From the NCBI GenBank assembly GCA_043228905.1, contig JBHGNT010000016.1:310001-374000 (forward strand): a DNA stretch of 64,000 bases, in the 5' to 3' direction. This document shows, piece by piece, positions 40,401-54,900 of the stretch. Every line of letters begins with the position of its first letter. The stretch's first letter is position 1. The position numbers were made by a program, and so were the translations under genes. The DNA comes from Azolla caroliniana. Taxonomy: Eukaryota; Plantae; Polypodiophyta. Under the pieces are notes generated by a model. It saw nothing but the letters and a program-made list of their open reading frames with translations, ran no database searches and was not told the DNA's origin.

Positions 40401-41700
40401 TAGCTAGCGCTGTTAGCTTCGATTCACATGTTTGAACACAAAAATCCGATATCACACGAGCCACGGATGAACATTTTAATTTACCTACTAGCGCTTGTCA
40501 ACTCCCTCCTCAAATTTGCTAATTTCTTCATGTCTCTCGACCTGAGCTACAAAATCTTGATTTTTTAATTCCGTAACATAGCTAGCGCTGTTAGCTTCGA
40601 TTCACATGTTTGAACACAAAAAGCCGATATCACACGAGCCACGGATGAACATTTTAATTTACCTACTAGGGCTTGTCAACTCCCTCCTCAAATTTGCTAA
40701 TTTCTTCATGTGTCTCGACCTGAGTTTCAAAATCTTGATTTTTTAATACCATATCAGAGCTAGCGTTGTTAGCTTCGATTCACATGTTTGAACACAAAAA
40801 ACTGATATCACACGAGCCTGGTATGAACATTTTAATTTACCTACTAGGGCTTGTCAACTCCCTCCTTAAATTTACTAATTTTTTCATGTGTGTCGACCTG
40901 AGTTTCAAAATCTTGATTTTTTAATACCATATCAGAGCTAGCGGTGTTAGCTTCGATTCCCATGTTTGAACACAGAAATCAGATATCAGACGAGCCTGGT
41001 ATGAACATTTTAATTTACTAACGCGCTCTTCTCCACTACCTGTCTCTCGACCTGAGTTTCAAAATCTGGATTTTTCAATTCCATATCAGAGCTAGCGTTG
41101 TTAGCTTTGATTCTTATGTTTGAACACAAAAATCCGATATCACACGAGCCAGGTATGAACATTTTAATTTACCTACTAGCGCTTATCAACTCCCTCCTCA
41201 AATTTGCTATTTTCTTCATGTCTCTCGACCTGAGTTTCAAAATCTTGATTTTTCAATTCCATATTAGAGCTAGCGTTCTTAGCTTCGATTCGCAAGTTTG
41301 AACACAAAAATCCGATATTACACGAGCCACGTATGAACATTTTAATTTACCTACTAGCGCTTGTAACCTCCCTCATGAAACTTGCTAATTTCTTCATGTC
41401 TCTCGACCTGAGTTTCAAAATCTTGATTTTTTAATTGCATATCAAAGCTAGCGCTCTTAGCTTCGATTCACATGTTTGAACACAAAAATCCGATATCACA
41501 CAAGCCACGGATGAACATTATAATTTACCTACTAGCGCTTGTCAACTCCCTCCTCAACTTTGCTAATTTCTTCATGTCTCTCGACCTGAGTTTCAAAATT
41601 TTGATTTTTTAATTCCATATCAGAGCTAGCGTTGTTAGCTTCGATTCGCATGTTTGAACATAAAAATCCGATATCATACGAGCCAGGTATGAACCTTTTA
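37480..41700 (+). repeat. 8-mer HOR (1400 bp; 1376-bp variant), about 3 copies
   Basis: ORF starts 38322, 39698, 41098. The spacings are 1376 = 8x178 - 48 and 1400 = 8x178 - 24. The private marker AAAAAGCCGAT occurs at ~39242 and ~40618. Confidence 0.85.
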
Positions 41701-42919
41701 ATTTACCTACTAGCGCTTGTCAACTCCCTCCGCAAATTTGCTAATTTCTTCATGTCTCTCGACCTGAGTTTCAAAATCTGGATTTTTCAACTCCTTAACA
41801 GAGCTAACATTGTTAGCTTCGATTCGCATGTTTGAACACAAAAATCCGATATCACACGAGCCACGGATGAACATTTTAATTTACTAACGCGCTCTTCTCC
41901 ACTACCTCCTCAAATTTGCTAATTTCTTCATGTCTCACGACCTGAATTTCAAAATCTTGATTTTTTAAATCCATATCTGAGCTAGCGTTGTTAGCTTCGA
42001 TTCGCATGTTTGAACACAAAAATCCGATATCACACGAGCCACGGATGAACATTTTAATTTACTAACGCGCTCTTCTCCACTACCTCCTCAAATTTGCTAA
42101 TTTCTTCATGTCTCTCGACCTATGTTTCAAAATCTTGATTTATTAATTCCATATCAGAGCAAGCGTTGTTAGCTTCGATTCCCATGTTTGAATACAAAAA
42201 TACGATATCACACGAGCCACATATGAACATTTTAATTTACCTACTAGCTCTTGTCAACTCCCACCTGAAATTTGCTAATTTCTTCACGTCTCTCGACCTG
42301 ACTTTCAAAATCTTGACTTTTTAATTCCATATTAGAGCTAGCGTTGTTAGCTTTGATTCTTATGTTTGAACACAGCAATCCGATATCACACGAGCCAGGT
42401 ATGAACATTTTAATTTACCTACTAGCTCTTGTCAACTCCCTACTCAAATTTGTTAATTTCTTCATGTCTCTCGACCTGAGTTTCAAAATCTTGATTTTTG
42501 AATTCCATATTAGAGCTAGCGTTGTTAGCTTCGATTCACATGTTTTAACATAAAAATCCGATATCACACGAGCCAGGTATGAACCTTTTAATTTACCTAC
42601 TAGCGCTTGTCAACTCCCTCTTCAAATTTGCTAATTTCTTCATGTCTCTCGACCTGAGTTTCAAAATCTTGATTTTTTAATTCCATATCAGAGCTAGCGT
42701 TGTTAGCTTCGATTCGCATGTTTGAACATAAAAATCCGATATCATACGAGCCAGGTATGAACCTTTTAATTTACCGACTAGCGCTTGTCAACTCCCTCCG
42801 CAAATTAGCTAATTTCTTCATGTCTCTCGACCTGAGTTTCAAAATCTTGATTTTTTAATACCATATCAGAGCTAGCGTTGCTAGCTTCGATTCGCATGTT
42901 TGAACATAAAAATCCGATA

Positions 42920-45900
42920 TCACACGAGCCTGGTATGAACATTTTAATTTACTAACGCGCTCTTCTCCACTACGTCCTCAAATTTACTAATTTCTTCATG
43001 TCTCTCTACCTGAGTTTCAAAATGTTTATTTTTTATATGTATATTAGAGCTAGCGTTGGTAGCTTCGATTCGCATGTTTGAACACAAAAATCCGATATCA
43101 CACGAGCTAGGTATGAACATTTTAATTTACTAACGCGCTCTTCTCTACTACCTCCTCAAATTTGCTAATTTCTTCATTTGTGTCGACCTGAGTTTCAAAA
43201 TCTTGATTTTTTAATTCCATATGACAGCTAGCGTTGTTAGCTTCGCTTCGCATGTTTGAACAAAGAAATCCGATATCACAAGAGCCAGGTATGAACATTT
43301 TAATTTACTAACGCGCTCTTCTCCACTACCTCTTCAATTTTGCTAATTTCTTCATATCTCTCGAGCTGAGTTTCAAAATCTTGATATTTTAATTCCATAT
43401 CAGAGCTAGTGCTGTTAGCTTCGATTCGCATGTTTCAACATAGAAATCCGATATCACACGAGCCAGGTATGAACATTTTAATTTACCTACTAGCTCTTGT
43501 CAACTCCCTCCTAGAATTTGCTAATTTCTTCATGTGTGTCGACCTAAGTTTCAAAACTTGATTTTTTAATTCCATATCACAGCTAGCGTTGTTAGCTTCG
43601 ATTCCCATGTTTGAACACAGAAATCAGATATCACTCGAGCCTGGTATGAACATTTTAATTTACTAACGTGCTCTTTTCCACTACCGCCTCAAATTTGCTA
43701 ATTTCTTCATGTCTCTCGACCTGAGTTTCAAAATCTTGATTTTTCAATTCCATATCAGAGCTAGCGTTCTTAGCTTTGATTCTTATGTTTGAACACAAAA
43801 ATCCGATATCACACGAGCCAGGTATGAACATTTTAATTTACTGACTAGCTCTTCTCAACTCCCTCCTCAAATTTCTTAATTTCTTCATGTCTCTCGACCT
43901 GAGTTTCAAAATCTTGATTTTTTAATTCCATAACAGAGCTAGCGCTGTTAGCTTCGATTCACATGTTTGAACACAAAAATCTGATATCACACGAACCACG
44001 TATGAACATTTTAATTTACCTACTAGCGCTTGTCAACTCCCTCTTCAAATTTACTAATTTCTTCATGTCTCTCGACCTGAGTTTCAAAATCTTGATTTTT
44101 CAATTTCATATTAGTGCTAGCGTTGTTAGCTTCGATTCGCATGTTTGAACACAAAAATCCGATATCACACGAGCCACGTATGAACATTTTAATATAACCT
44201 ACTAGCTCTTGTCAACTCCCTCCTAAAATTTGCTAATTTCTTCATGTCTCTCGACCTGAGTTTCAAAATCTTGATTTTTTAATTCCATATCAGAGCTAGC
44301 GTTGTTAGCTTCGATTCGCATGTTTGAACATAAAAATCCGATATCCTACGAGCCAGGTATGAACCTTTTAATTTACCTACTAGCGCTTGTCAACTCCCTC
44401 CGCAAATTAGCTAATTTCTTCATGTCTCTCGACCTGAAATTCAAAATCTGGATTTTTCAACTCCTTAACAGAGCTAACGTTGTTAGCTTCGATTCGCATG
44501 TTTGAACACAAAAATCCGATATCACATGAGCCACGGATGAACATTTTAATTTACTAACGCGCTCTTCTCCACTACCTCCTCAAATTTGCTAATTTCTTCA
44601 TGTCTCACGACCTGAATTTCAAAATCTTGATTTTTTAAATCCATATCTGAGCTAGCGTTGTTAGCTTCGATTCGCATGTTTGAACACAGAAATCAGATAT
44701 CAGACGAGCCACGGATGAACATTTTAATTTACTAACGCGCTCTTCTCCACTACCTCCTCAAATTTGCTAATTTCTTCATGTCTCTCGACCTATGTTTCAA
44801 AATCTTGATTTTTTAATTCCATATCAGAGCAAGCGTTGTTAGCTTCGATTCCCATGTTTGAATACAAAAATACGATATCACACGAGCCACATATGAACAT
44901 TTTAATTTACCTACTAGCTCTTGTCAACTCCCACCTGAAATTTGCTAATTTCTTCACGTCTCTCGACCTGACTTTCAAAATCTTGACTTTTTAATTCCAT
45001 ATTAGAGCTAGCGTTGTTAGCTTTGATTCTTATGTTTGAACACAGCAATCCGATATCACACGAGCCAGGTATGAACATTTTAATTTACCTACTAGCTCTT
45101 GTCAACTCCCTACTCAAATTTGTTAATTTCTTCATGTCTCTCGACCTGAGTTTCAAAATCTTGATTTTTGAATTCCATATTAGAGCTAGCGTTGTTAGCT
45201 TCGATTCACATGTTTTAACATAAAAATCAGATATCATACGAGCCAGGTATGAACCTTTTAATTTACCTACTAACGCTTGTTAACTCCCTCCTCAAATTTG
45301 CTAATTTCTTCATATCTCTCGACCTGAAGCTTCAAAATCTTGATTTTTTAATTCCATAACATAGCTAGCGCTGTTAGCTTCGATTCACATGTTTGAACAC
45401 AAAAATCCGATATCACACGAGCCATGGATGAACATTTTAATTTACCTACTAGCGCTTGTCAACTCCCTCCTCAAATTTGCTAATTTCTTCATGTCTCTCG
45501 ACCTGAGTTTCAAAATCTTGATTTTTTAATTCCATATCAGAGCTAGCGCTGTTAGCTTCGATTCACATGTTTGAACACAAAAATCCGATATCACACGAGC
45601 CTGGTATGAACATTTTAATTTACTAACGCGCTCTTCTCCACTACGTCCTCAAATTTACTAATTTCTTCATGTCTCTCTACCTGAGTTTCAAAATGTTTAT
45701 TTTTTATATGTATATTAGAGCTAGCGTTGGTAGCTTCGATTCGCATGTTTGAACACAAAAATCCGATATCACACGAGCTAGGTATGAACATTTTAATTTA
45801 CTAACGCGCTCTTCTCTACTACCTCCTCAAATTTGCTAATTTCTTCATTTGTGTCGACCTGAGTTTCAAAATCTTGATTTTTTAATTCCATATGACAGCT

Positions 45901-48900
45901 AGCGTTGTTAGCTTCGCTTCGCATGTTTGAACAAAGAAATCCGATATCACAAGAGCCAGGTATGAACATTTTAATTTACTAACGCGCTCTTCTCCACTAC
46001 CTCTTCAATTTTGCTAATTTCTTCATATCTCTCGAGCTGAGTTTCAAAATCTTGATATTTTAATTCCATATCAGAGCTAGTGCTGTTAGCTTCGATTCGC
46101 ATGTTTCAACATAGAAATCCGATATCACACGAGCCAGGTATGAACATTTTAATTTACCTACTAGCTCTTGTCAACTCCCTCCTAGAATTTGCTAATTTCT
46201 TCATGTGTGTCGACCTAAGTTTCAAAACTTGATTTTTTAATTCCATATCACAGCTAGCGTTGTTAGCTTCGATTCCCATGTTTGAACACAGAAATCAGAT
46301 ATCACTCGAGCCTGGTATGAACATTTTAATTTACTAACGTGCTCTTTTCCACTACCGCCTCAAATTTGCTAATTTCTTCATGTCTCTCGACCTGAGTTTC
46401 AAAATCTTGATTTTTCAATTCCATATCAGAGCTAGCGTTCTTAGCTTTGATTCTTATGTTTGAACACAAAAATCCGATATCACACGAGCCAGGTATGAAC
46501 ATTTTAATTTACTGACTAGCTCTTCTCAACTCCCTCCTCAAATTTCTTAATTTCTTCATGTCTCTCGACCTGAGTTTCAAAATCTTGATTTTTTAATTCC
46601 ATAACAGAGCTAGCGCTGTTAGCTTCGATTCACATGTTTGAACACAAAAATCTGATATCACACGAACCACGTATGAACATTTTAATTTACCTACTAGCGC
46701 TTGTCAACTCCCTCTTCAAATTTACTAATTTCTTCATGTCTCTCGACCTGAGTTTCAAAATCTTGATTTTTCAATTTCATATTAGTGCTAGCGTTGTTAG
46801 CTTCGATTCGCATGTTTGAACACAAAAATCCGATATCACACGAGCCACGTATGAACATTTTAATATAACCTACTAGCTCTTGTCAACTCCCTCCTAAAAT
46901 TTGCTAATTTCTTCATGTCTCTCGACCTGAGTTTCAAAATCTTGATTTTTTAATTCCATATCAGAGCTAGCGTTGTTAGCTTCGATTCGCATGTTTGAAC
47001 ATAAAAATCCGATATCCTACGAGGCAGGTATGAACCTTTTAATTTACCTACTAGCGCTTGTCAACTCCCTCCGCAAATTAGCTAATTTCTTCATGTCTCT
47101 CGACCTGAAATTCAAAATCTGGATTTTTCAACTCCTTAACAGAGCTAACGTTGTTAGCTTCGATTCGCATGTTTGAACACAAAAATCCGATATCACATGA
47201 GCCACGGATGAACATTTTAATTTACTAACGCGCTCTTCTCCACTACCTCCTCAAATTTGCTAATTTCTTCATGTCTCACGACCTGAATTTCAAAATCTTG
47301 ATTTTTTAAATCCATATCTGAGCTAGCGTTGTTAGCTTCGATTCGCATGTTTGAACACAAAAATCCGATATCACACGAGCCACGGATGAACATTTTAATT
47401 TACTAACGCGCTCTTCTCCACTACCTCCTCAAATTTGCTAATTTCTTCATGTCTCTCGACCTATGTTTCAAAATCTTGATTTTTTAATTCCATATCAGAG
47501 CAAGCGTTGTTAGCTTCGATTCCCATGTTTGAATACAAAAATACGATATCACACGAGCCACATATGAACATTTTAATTTACCTACTAGCTCTTGTCAACT
47601 CCCACCTGAAATTTGCTAATTTCTTCACGTCTCTCGACCTGACTTTCAAAATCTTGACTTTTTAATTCCATATTAGAGCTAGCGTTGTTAGCTTTGATTC
47701 TTATGTTTGAACACAGCAATCCGATATCACACGAGCCAGGTATGAACATTTTAATTTACCTACTAGCTCTTGTCAACTCCCTACTCAAATTTGTTAATTT
47801 CTTCATGTCTCTCGACCTGAGTTTCAAAATCTTGATTTTTGAATTCCATATTAGAGCTAGCGTTGTTAGCTTCGATTCACATGTTTTAACATAAAAATCC
47901 GATATCATACGAGCCAGGTATGAACCTTTTAATTTACCTACTAACGCTTGTTAACTCCCTCCTCAAATTTGCTAATTTCTTCATATCTCTCGACCTGAAG
48001 CTTCAAAATCTTGATTTTTTAATTCCATAACATAGCTAGCGCTGTTAGCTTCGATTCACATGTTTGAACACAAAAATCCGATATCACACGAGCCACGGAT
48101 GAACATTTTAATTTACCTACTAGCGCTTGTCAACTCCCTCCTCAAATTTGCTAATTTCTTCATGTCTCTCGACCTGAGTTTCAAAATCTTGATTTTTTAA
48201 TTCCATATCAGAGCTAGCGCTGTTAGCTTCGATTCACATGTTTGAACACAAAAATCCGATATCACACGAGCCTGGTATGAACATTTTAATTTACTAACGC
48301 GCTCTTCTCCACTACGTCCTCAAATTTACTAATTTCTTCATGTCTCTCTACCTGAGTTTCAAAATGTTTATTTTTTATATGTATATTAGAGCTAGCGTTG
48401 GTAGCTTCGATTCGCATGTTTGAACACAAAAATCCGATATCACACGAGCTAGGTATGAACATTTTAATTTACTAACGCGCTCTTCTCTACTACCTCCTCA
48501 AATTTGCTAATTTCTTCATTTGTGTCGACCTGAGTTTCAAAATCTTGATTTTTTAATTCCATATGACAGCTAGCGTTGTTAGCTTCGCTTCGCATGTTTG
48601 AACAAAGAAATCCGATATCACAAGAGCCAGGTATGAACATTTTAATTTACTAACGCGCTCTTCTCCACTACCTCTTCAATTTTGCTAATTTCTTCATATC
48701 TCTCGAGCTGAGTTTCAAAATCTTGATATTTTAATTCCATATCAGAGCTAGTGCTGTTAGCTTCGATTCGCATGTTTCAACATAGAAATCCGATATCACA
48801 CGAGCCAGGTATGAACATTTTAATTTACCTACTAGCTCTTGTCAACTCCCTCCTAGAATTTGCTAATTTCTTCATGTGTGTCGACCTAAGTTTCAAAACT

Positions 48901-51900
48901 TGATTTTTTAATTCCATATCACAGCTAGCGTTGTTAGCTTCGATTCCCATGTTTGAACACAGAAATCAGATATCACTCGAGCCTGGTATGAACATTTTAA
49001 TTTACTAACGTGCTCTTTTCCACTACCGCCTCAAATTTGCTAATTTCTTCATGTCTCTCGACCTGAGTTTCAAAATCTTGATTTCTCAATTCCATATCAG
49101 AGCTAGCGTTCTTAGCTTTGATTCTTATGTTTGAACACAAAAATCCGATATCACACGAGCCAGGTATGAACATTTTAATTTACTGACTAGCTCTTCTCAA
49201 CTCCCTCCTCAAATTTCTTAATTTCTTCATGTCTCTCGACCTGAGTTTCAAAATCTTGATTTTTTAATTCCATAACAGAGCTAGCGCTGTTAGCTTCGAT
49301 TCACATGTTTGAACACAAAAATCTGATATCACACGAACCACGTATGAACATTTTAATTTACCTACTAGCGCTTGTCAACTCCCTCTTCAAATTTACTAAT
49401 TTCTTCATGTCTCTCGACCTGAGTTTCAAAATCTTGATTTTTCAATTTCATATTAGTGCTAGCGTTGTTAGCTTCGATTCGCATGTTTGAACACAAAAAT
49501 CCGATATCACACGAGCCACGTATGAACATTTTAATATAACCTACTAGCTCTTGTCAACTCCCTCCTAAAATTTGCTAATTTCTTCATGTCTCTCGACCTG
49601 AGTTTCAAAATCTTGATTTTTTAATTCCATATCAGAGCTAGCGTTGTTAGCTTCGATTCGCATGTTTGAACATAAAAATCCGATATCCTACGAGGCAGGT
49701 ATGAACCTTTTAATTTACCTACTAGCGCTTGTCAACTCCCTCCGCAAATTAGCTAATTTCTTCATGTCTCTCGACCTGAAATTCAAAATCTGGATTTTTC
49801 AACTCCTTAACAGAGCTAACGTTGTTAGCTTCGATTCGCATGTTTGAACACAAAAATCCGATATCACATGAGCCACGGATGAACATTTTAATTTACTAAC
49901 GCGCTCTTCTCCACTACCTCCTCAAATTTGCTAATTTCTTCATGTCTCACGACCTGAATTTCAAAATCTTGATTTTTTAAATCCATATCTGAGCTAGCGT
50001 TGTTAGCTTCGATTCGCATGTTTGAACACAAAAATCCGATATCACACGAGCCACGGATGAACATTTTAATTTACTAACGCGCTCTTCTCCACTACCTCCT
50101 CAAATTTGCTAATTTCTTCATGTCTCTCGACCTATGTTTCAAAATCTTGATTTTTTAATTCCATATCAGAGCAAGCGTTGTTAGCTTCGATTCCCATGTT
50201 TGAATACAAAAATACGATATCACACGAGCCACATATGAACATTTTAATTTACCTACTAGCTCTTGTCAACTCCCACCTGAAATTTGCTAATTTCTTCACG
50301 TCTCTCGACCTGACTTTCAAAATCTTGACTTTTTAATTCCATATTAGAGCTAGCGTTGTTAGCTTTGATTCTTATGTTTGAACACAGCAATCCGATATCA
50401 CACGAGCCAGGTATGAACATTTTAATTTACCTACTAGCTCTTGTCAACTCCCTACTCAAATTTGTTAATTTCTTCATGTCTCTCGACCTGAGTTTCAAAA
50501 TCTTGATTTTTGAATTCCATATTAGAGCTAGCGTTGTTAGCTTCGATTCACATGTTTTAACATAAAAATCCGATATCATACGAGCCAGGTATGAACCTTT
50601 TAATTTACCTACTAACGCTTGTTAACTCCCTCCTCAAATTTGCTAATTTCTTCATATCTCTCGACCTGAAGCTTCAAAATCTTGATTTTTTAATTCCATA
50701 ACATAGCTAGCGCTGTTAGCTTCGATTCACATGTTTGAACACAAAAATCCGATATCACACGAGCCACGGATGAACATTTTAATTTACCTACTAGCGCTTG
50801 TCAACTCCCTCCTCAAATTTGCTAATTTCTTCATGTCTCTCGACCTGAGTTTCAAAATCTTGATTTTTTAATTCCATATCAGAGCTAGCGCTGTTAGCTT
50901 CGATTCACATGTTTGAACACAAAAATCCGATATCACACGAGCCTGGTATGAACATTTTAATTTACTAACGCGCTCTTCTCCACTACGTCCTCAAATTTAC
51001 TAATTTCTTCATGTCTCTCTACCTGAGTTTCAAAATGTTTATTTTTTATATGTATATTAGAGCTAGCGTTGGTAGCTTCGATTCGCATGTTTGAACACAA
51101 AAATCCGATATCACACGAGCTAGGTATGAACATTTTAATTTACTAACGCGCTCTTCTCTACTACCTCCTCAAATTTGCTAATTTCTTCATTTGTGTCGAC
51201 CTGAGTTTCAAAATCTTGATTTTTTAATTCCATATGACAGCTAGCGTTGTTAGCTTCGCTTCGCATGTTTGAACAAAGAAATCCGATATCACAAGAGCCA
51301 GGTATGAACATTTTAATTTACTAACGCGCTCTTCTCCACTACCTCTTCAATTTTGCTAATTTCTTCATATCTCTCGAGCTGAGTTTCAAAATCTTGATAT
51401 TTTAATTCCATATCAGAGCTAGTGCTGTTAGCTTCGATTCGCATGTTTCAACATAGAAATCCGATATCACACGAGCCAGGTATGAACATTTTAATTTACC
51501 TACTAGCTCTTGTCAACTCCCTCCTAGAATTTGCTAATTTCTTCATGTGTGTCGACCTAAGTTTCAAAACTTGATTTTTTAATTCCATATCACAGCTAGC
51601 GTTGTTAGCTTCGATTCCCATGTTTGAACACAGAAATCAGATATCACTCGAGCCTGGTATGAACATTTTAATTTACTAACGTGCTCTTTTCCACTACCGC
51701 CTCAAATTTGCTAATTTCTTCATGTCTCTCGACCTGAGTTTCAAAATCTTGATTTTTCAATTCCATATCAGAGCTAGCGTTCTTAGCTTTGATTCTTATG
51801 TTTGAACACAAAAATCCGATATCACACGAGCCAGGTATGAACATTTTAATTTACTGACTAGCTCTTCTCAACTCCCTCCTCAAATTTCTTAATTTCTTCA

Positions 51901-54900
51901 TGTCTCTCGACCTGAGTTTCAAAATCTTGATTTTTTAATTCCATAACAGAGCTAGCGCTGTTAGCTTCGATTCACATGTTTGAACACAAAAATCTGATAT
52001 CACACGAACCACGTATGAACATTTTAATTTACCTACTAGCGCTTGTCAACTCCCTCTTCAAATTTACTAATTTCTTCATGTCTCTCGACCTGAGTTTCAA
52101 AATCTTGATTTTTCAATTTCATATTAGTGCTAGCGTTGTTAGCTTCGATTCGCATGTTTGAACACAAAAATCCGATATCACACGAGCCACGTATGAACAT
52201 TTTAATATAACCTACTAGCTCTTGTCAACTCCCTCCTAAAATTTGCTAATTTCTTCATGTCTCTCGACCTGAGTTTCAAAATCTTGATTTTTTAATTCCA
52301 TATCAGAGCTAGCGTTGTTAGCTTCGATTCGCATGTTTGAACATAAAAATCCGATATCCTACGAGGCAGGTATGAACCTTTTAATTTACCTACTAGCGCT
52401 TGTCAACTCCCTCCGCAAATTAGCTAATTTCTTCATGTCTCTCGACCTGAAATTCAAAATCTGGATTTTTCAACTCCTTAACAGAGCTAACGTTGTTAGC
52501 TTCGATTCGCATGTTTGAACACAAAAATCCGATATCACATGAGCCACGGATGAACATTTTAATTTACTAACGCGCTCTTCTCCACTACCTCCTCAAATTT
52601 GCTAATTTCTTCATGTCTCACGACCTGAATTTCAAAATCTTGATTTTTTAAATCCATATCTGAGCTAGCGTTGTTAGCTTCGATTCGCATGTTTGAACAC
52701 AAAAATCCGATATCACACGAGCCACGGATGAACATTTTAATTTACTAACGCGCTCTTCTCCACTACCTCCTCAAATTTGCTAATTTCTTCATGTCTCTCG
52801 ACCTATGTTTCAAAATCTTGATTTTTTAATTCCATATCAGAGCAAGCGTTGTTAGCTTCGATTCCCATGTTTGAATACAAAAATACGATATCACACGAGC
52901 CACATATGAACATTTTAATTTACCTACTAGCTCTTGTCAACTCCCACCTGAAATTTGCTAATTTCTTCACGTCTCTCGACCTGACTTTCAAAATCTTGAC
53001 TTTTTAATTCCATATTAGAGCTAGCGTTGTTAGCTTTGATTCTTATGTTTGAACACAGCAATCCGATATCACACGAGCCAGGTATGAACATTTTAATTTA
53101 CCTACTAGCTCTTGTCAACTCCCTACTCAAATTTGTTAATTTCTTCATGTCTCTCGACCTGAGTTTCAAAATCTTGATTTTTGAATTCCATATTAGAGCT
53201 AGCGTTGTTAGCTTCGATTCACATGTTTTAACATAAAAATCCGATATCATACGAGCCAGGTATGAACCTTTTAATTTACCTACTAACGCTTGTTAACTCC
53301 CTCCTCAAATTTGCTAATTTCTTCATATCTCTCGACCTGAAGCTTCAAAATCTTGATTTTTTAATTCCATAACATAGCTAGCGCTGTTAGCTTCGATTCA
53401 CATGTTTGAACACAAAAATCCGATATCACACGAGCCACGGATGAACATTTTAATTTACCTACTAGCGCTTGTCAACTCCCTCCTCAAATTTGCTAATTTC
53501 TTCATGTCTCTCGACCTGAGTTTCAAAATCTTGATTTTTTAATTCCATATCAGAGCTAGCGCTGTTAGCTTCGATTCACATGTTTGAACACAAAAATCCG
53601 ATATCACACGAGCCTGGTATGAACATTTTAATTTACTAACGCGCTCTTCTCCACTACGTCCTCAAATTTACTAATTTCTTCATGTCTCTCTACCTGAGTT
53701 TCAAAATGTTTATTTTTTATATGTATATTAGAGCTAGCGTTGGTAGCTTCGATTCGCATGTTTGAACACAAAAATCCGATATCACACGAGCTAGGTATGA
53801 ACATTTTAATTTACTAACGCGCTCTTCTCTACTACCTCCTCAAATTTGCTAATTTCTTCATTTGTGTCGACCTGAGTTTCAAAATCTTGATTTTTTAATT
53901 CCATATGACAGCTAGCGTTGTTAGCTTCGCTTCGCATGTTTGAACAAAGAAATCCGATATCACAAGAGCCAGGTATGAACATTTTAATTTACTAACGCGC
54001 TCTTCTCCACTACCTCTTCAATTTTGCTAATTTCTTCATATCTCTCGAGCTGAGTTTCAAAATCTTGATATTTTAATTCCATATCAGAGCTAGTGCTGTT
54101 AGCTTCGATTCGCATGTTTCAACATAGAAATCCGATATCACACGAGCCAGGTATGAACATTTTAATTTACCTACTAGCTCTTGTCAACTCCCTCCTAGAA
54201 TTTGCTAATTTCTTCATGTGTGTCGACCTAAGTTTCAAAACTTGATTTTTTAATTCCATATCACAGCTAGCGTTGTTAGCTTCGATTCCCATGTTTGAAC
54301 ACAGAAATCAGATATCACTCGAGCCTGGTATGAACATTTTAATTTACTAACGTGCTCTTTTCCACTACCGCCTCAAATTTGCTAATTTCTTCATGTCTCT
54401 CGACCTGAGTTTCAAAATCTTGATTTCTCAATTCCATATCAGAGCTAGCGTTCTTAGCTTTGATTCTTATGTTTGAACACAAAAATCCGATATCACACGA
54501 GCCAGGTATGAACATTTTAATTTACTGACTAGCTCTTCTCAACTCCCTCCTCAAATTTCTTAATTTCTTCATGTCTCTCGACCTGAGTTTCAAAATCTTG
54601 ATTTTTTAATTCCATAACAGAGCTAGCGCTGTTAGCTTCGATTCACATGTTTGAACACAAAAATCTGATATCACACGAACCACGTATGAACATTTTAATT
54701 TACCTACTAGCGCTTGTCAACTCCCTCTTCAAATTTACTAATTTCTTCATGTCTCTCGACCTGAGTTTCAAAATCTTGATTTTTCAATTTCATATTAGTG
54801 CTAGCGTTGTTAGCTTCGATTCGCATGTTTGAACACAAAAATCCGATATCACACGAGCCACGTATGAACATTTTAATATAACCTACTAGCTCTTGTCAAC

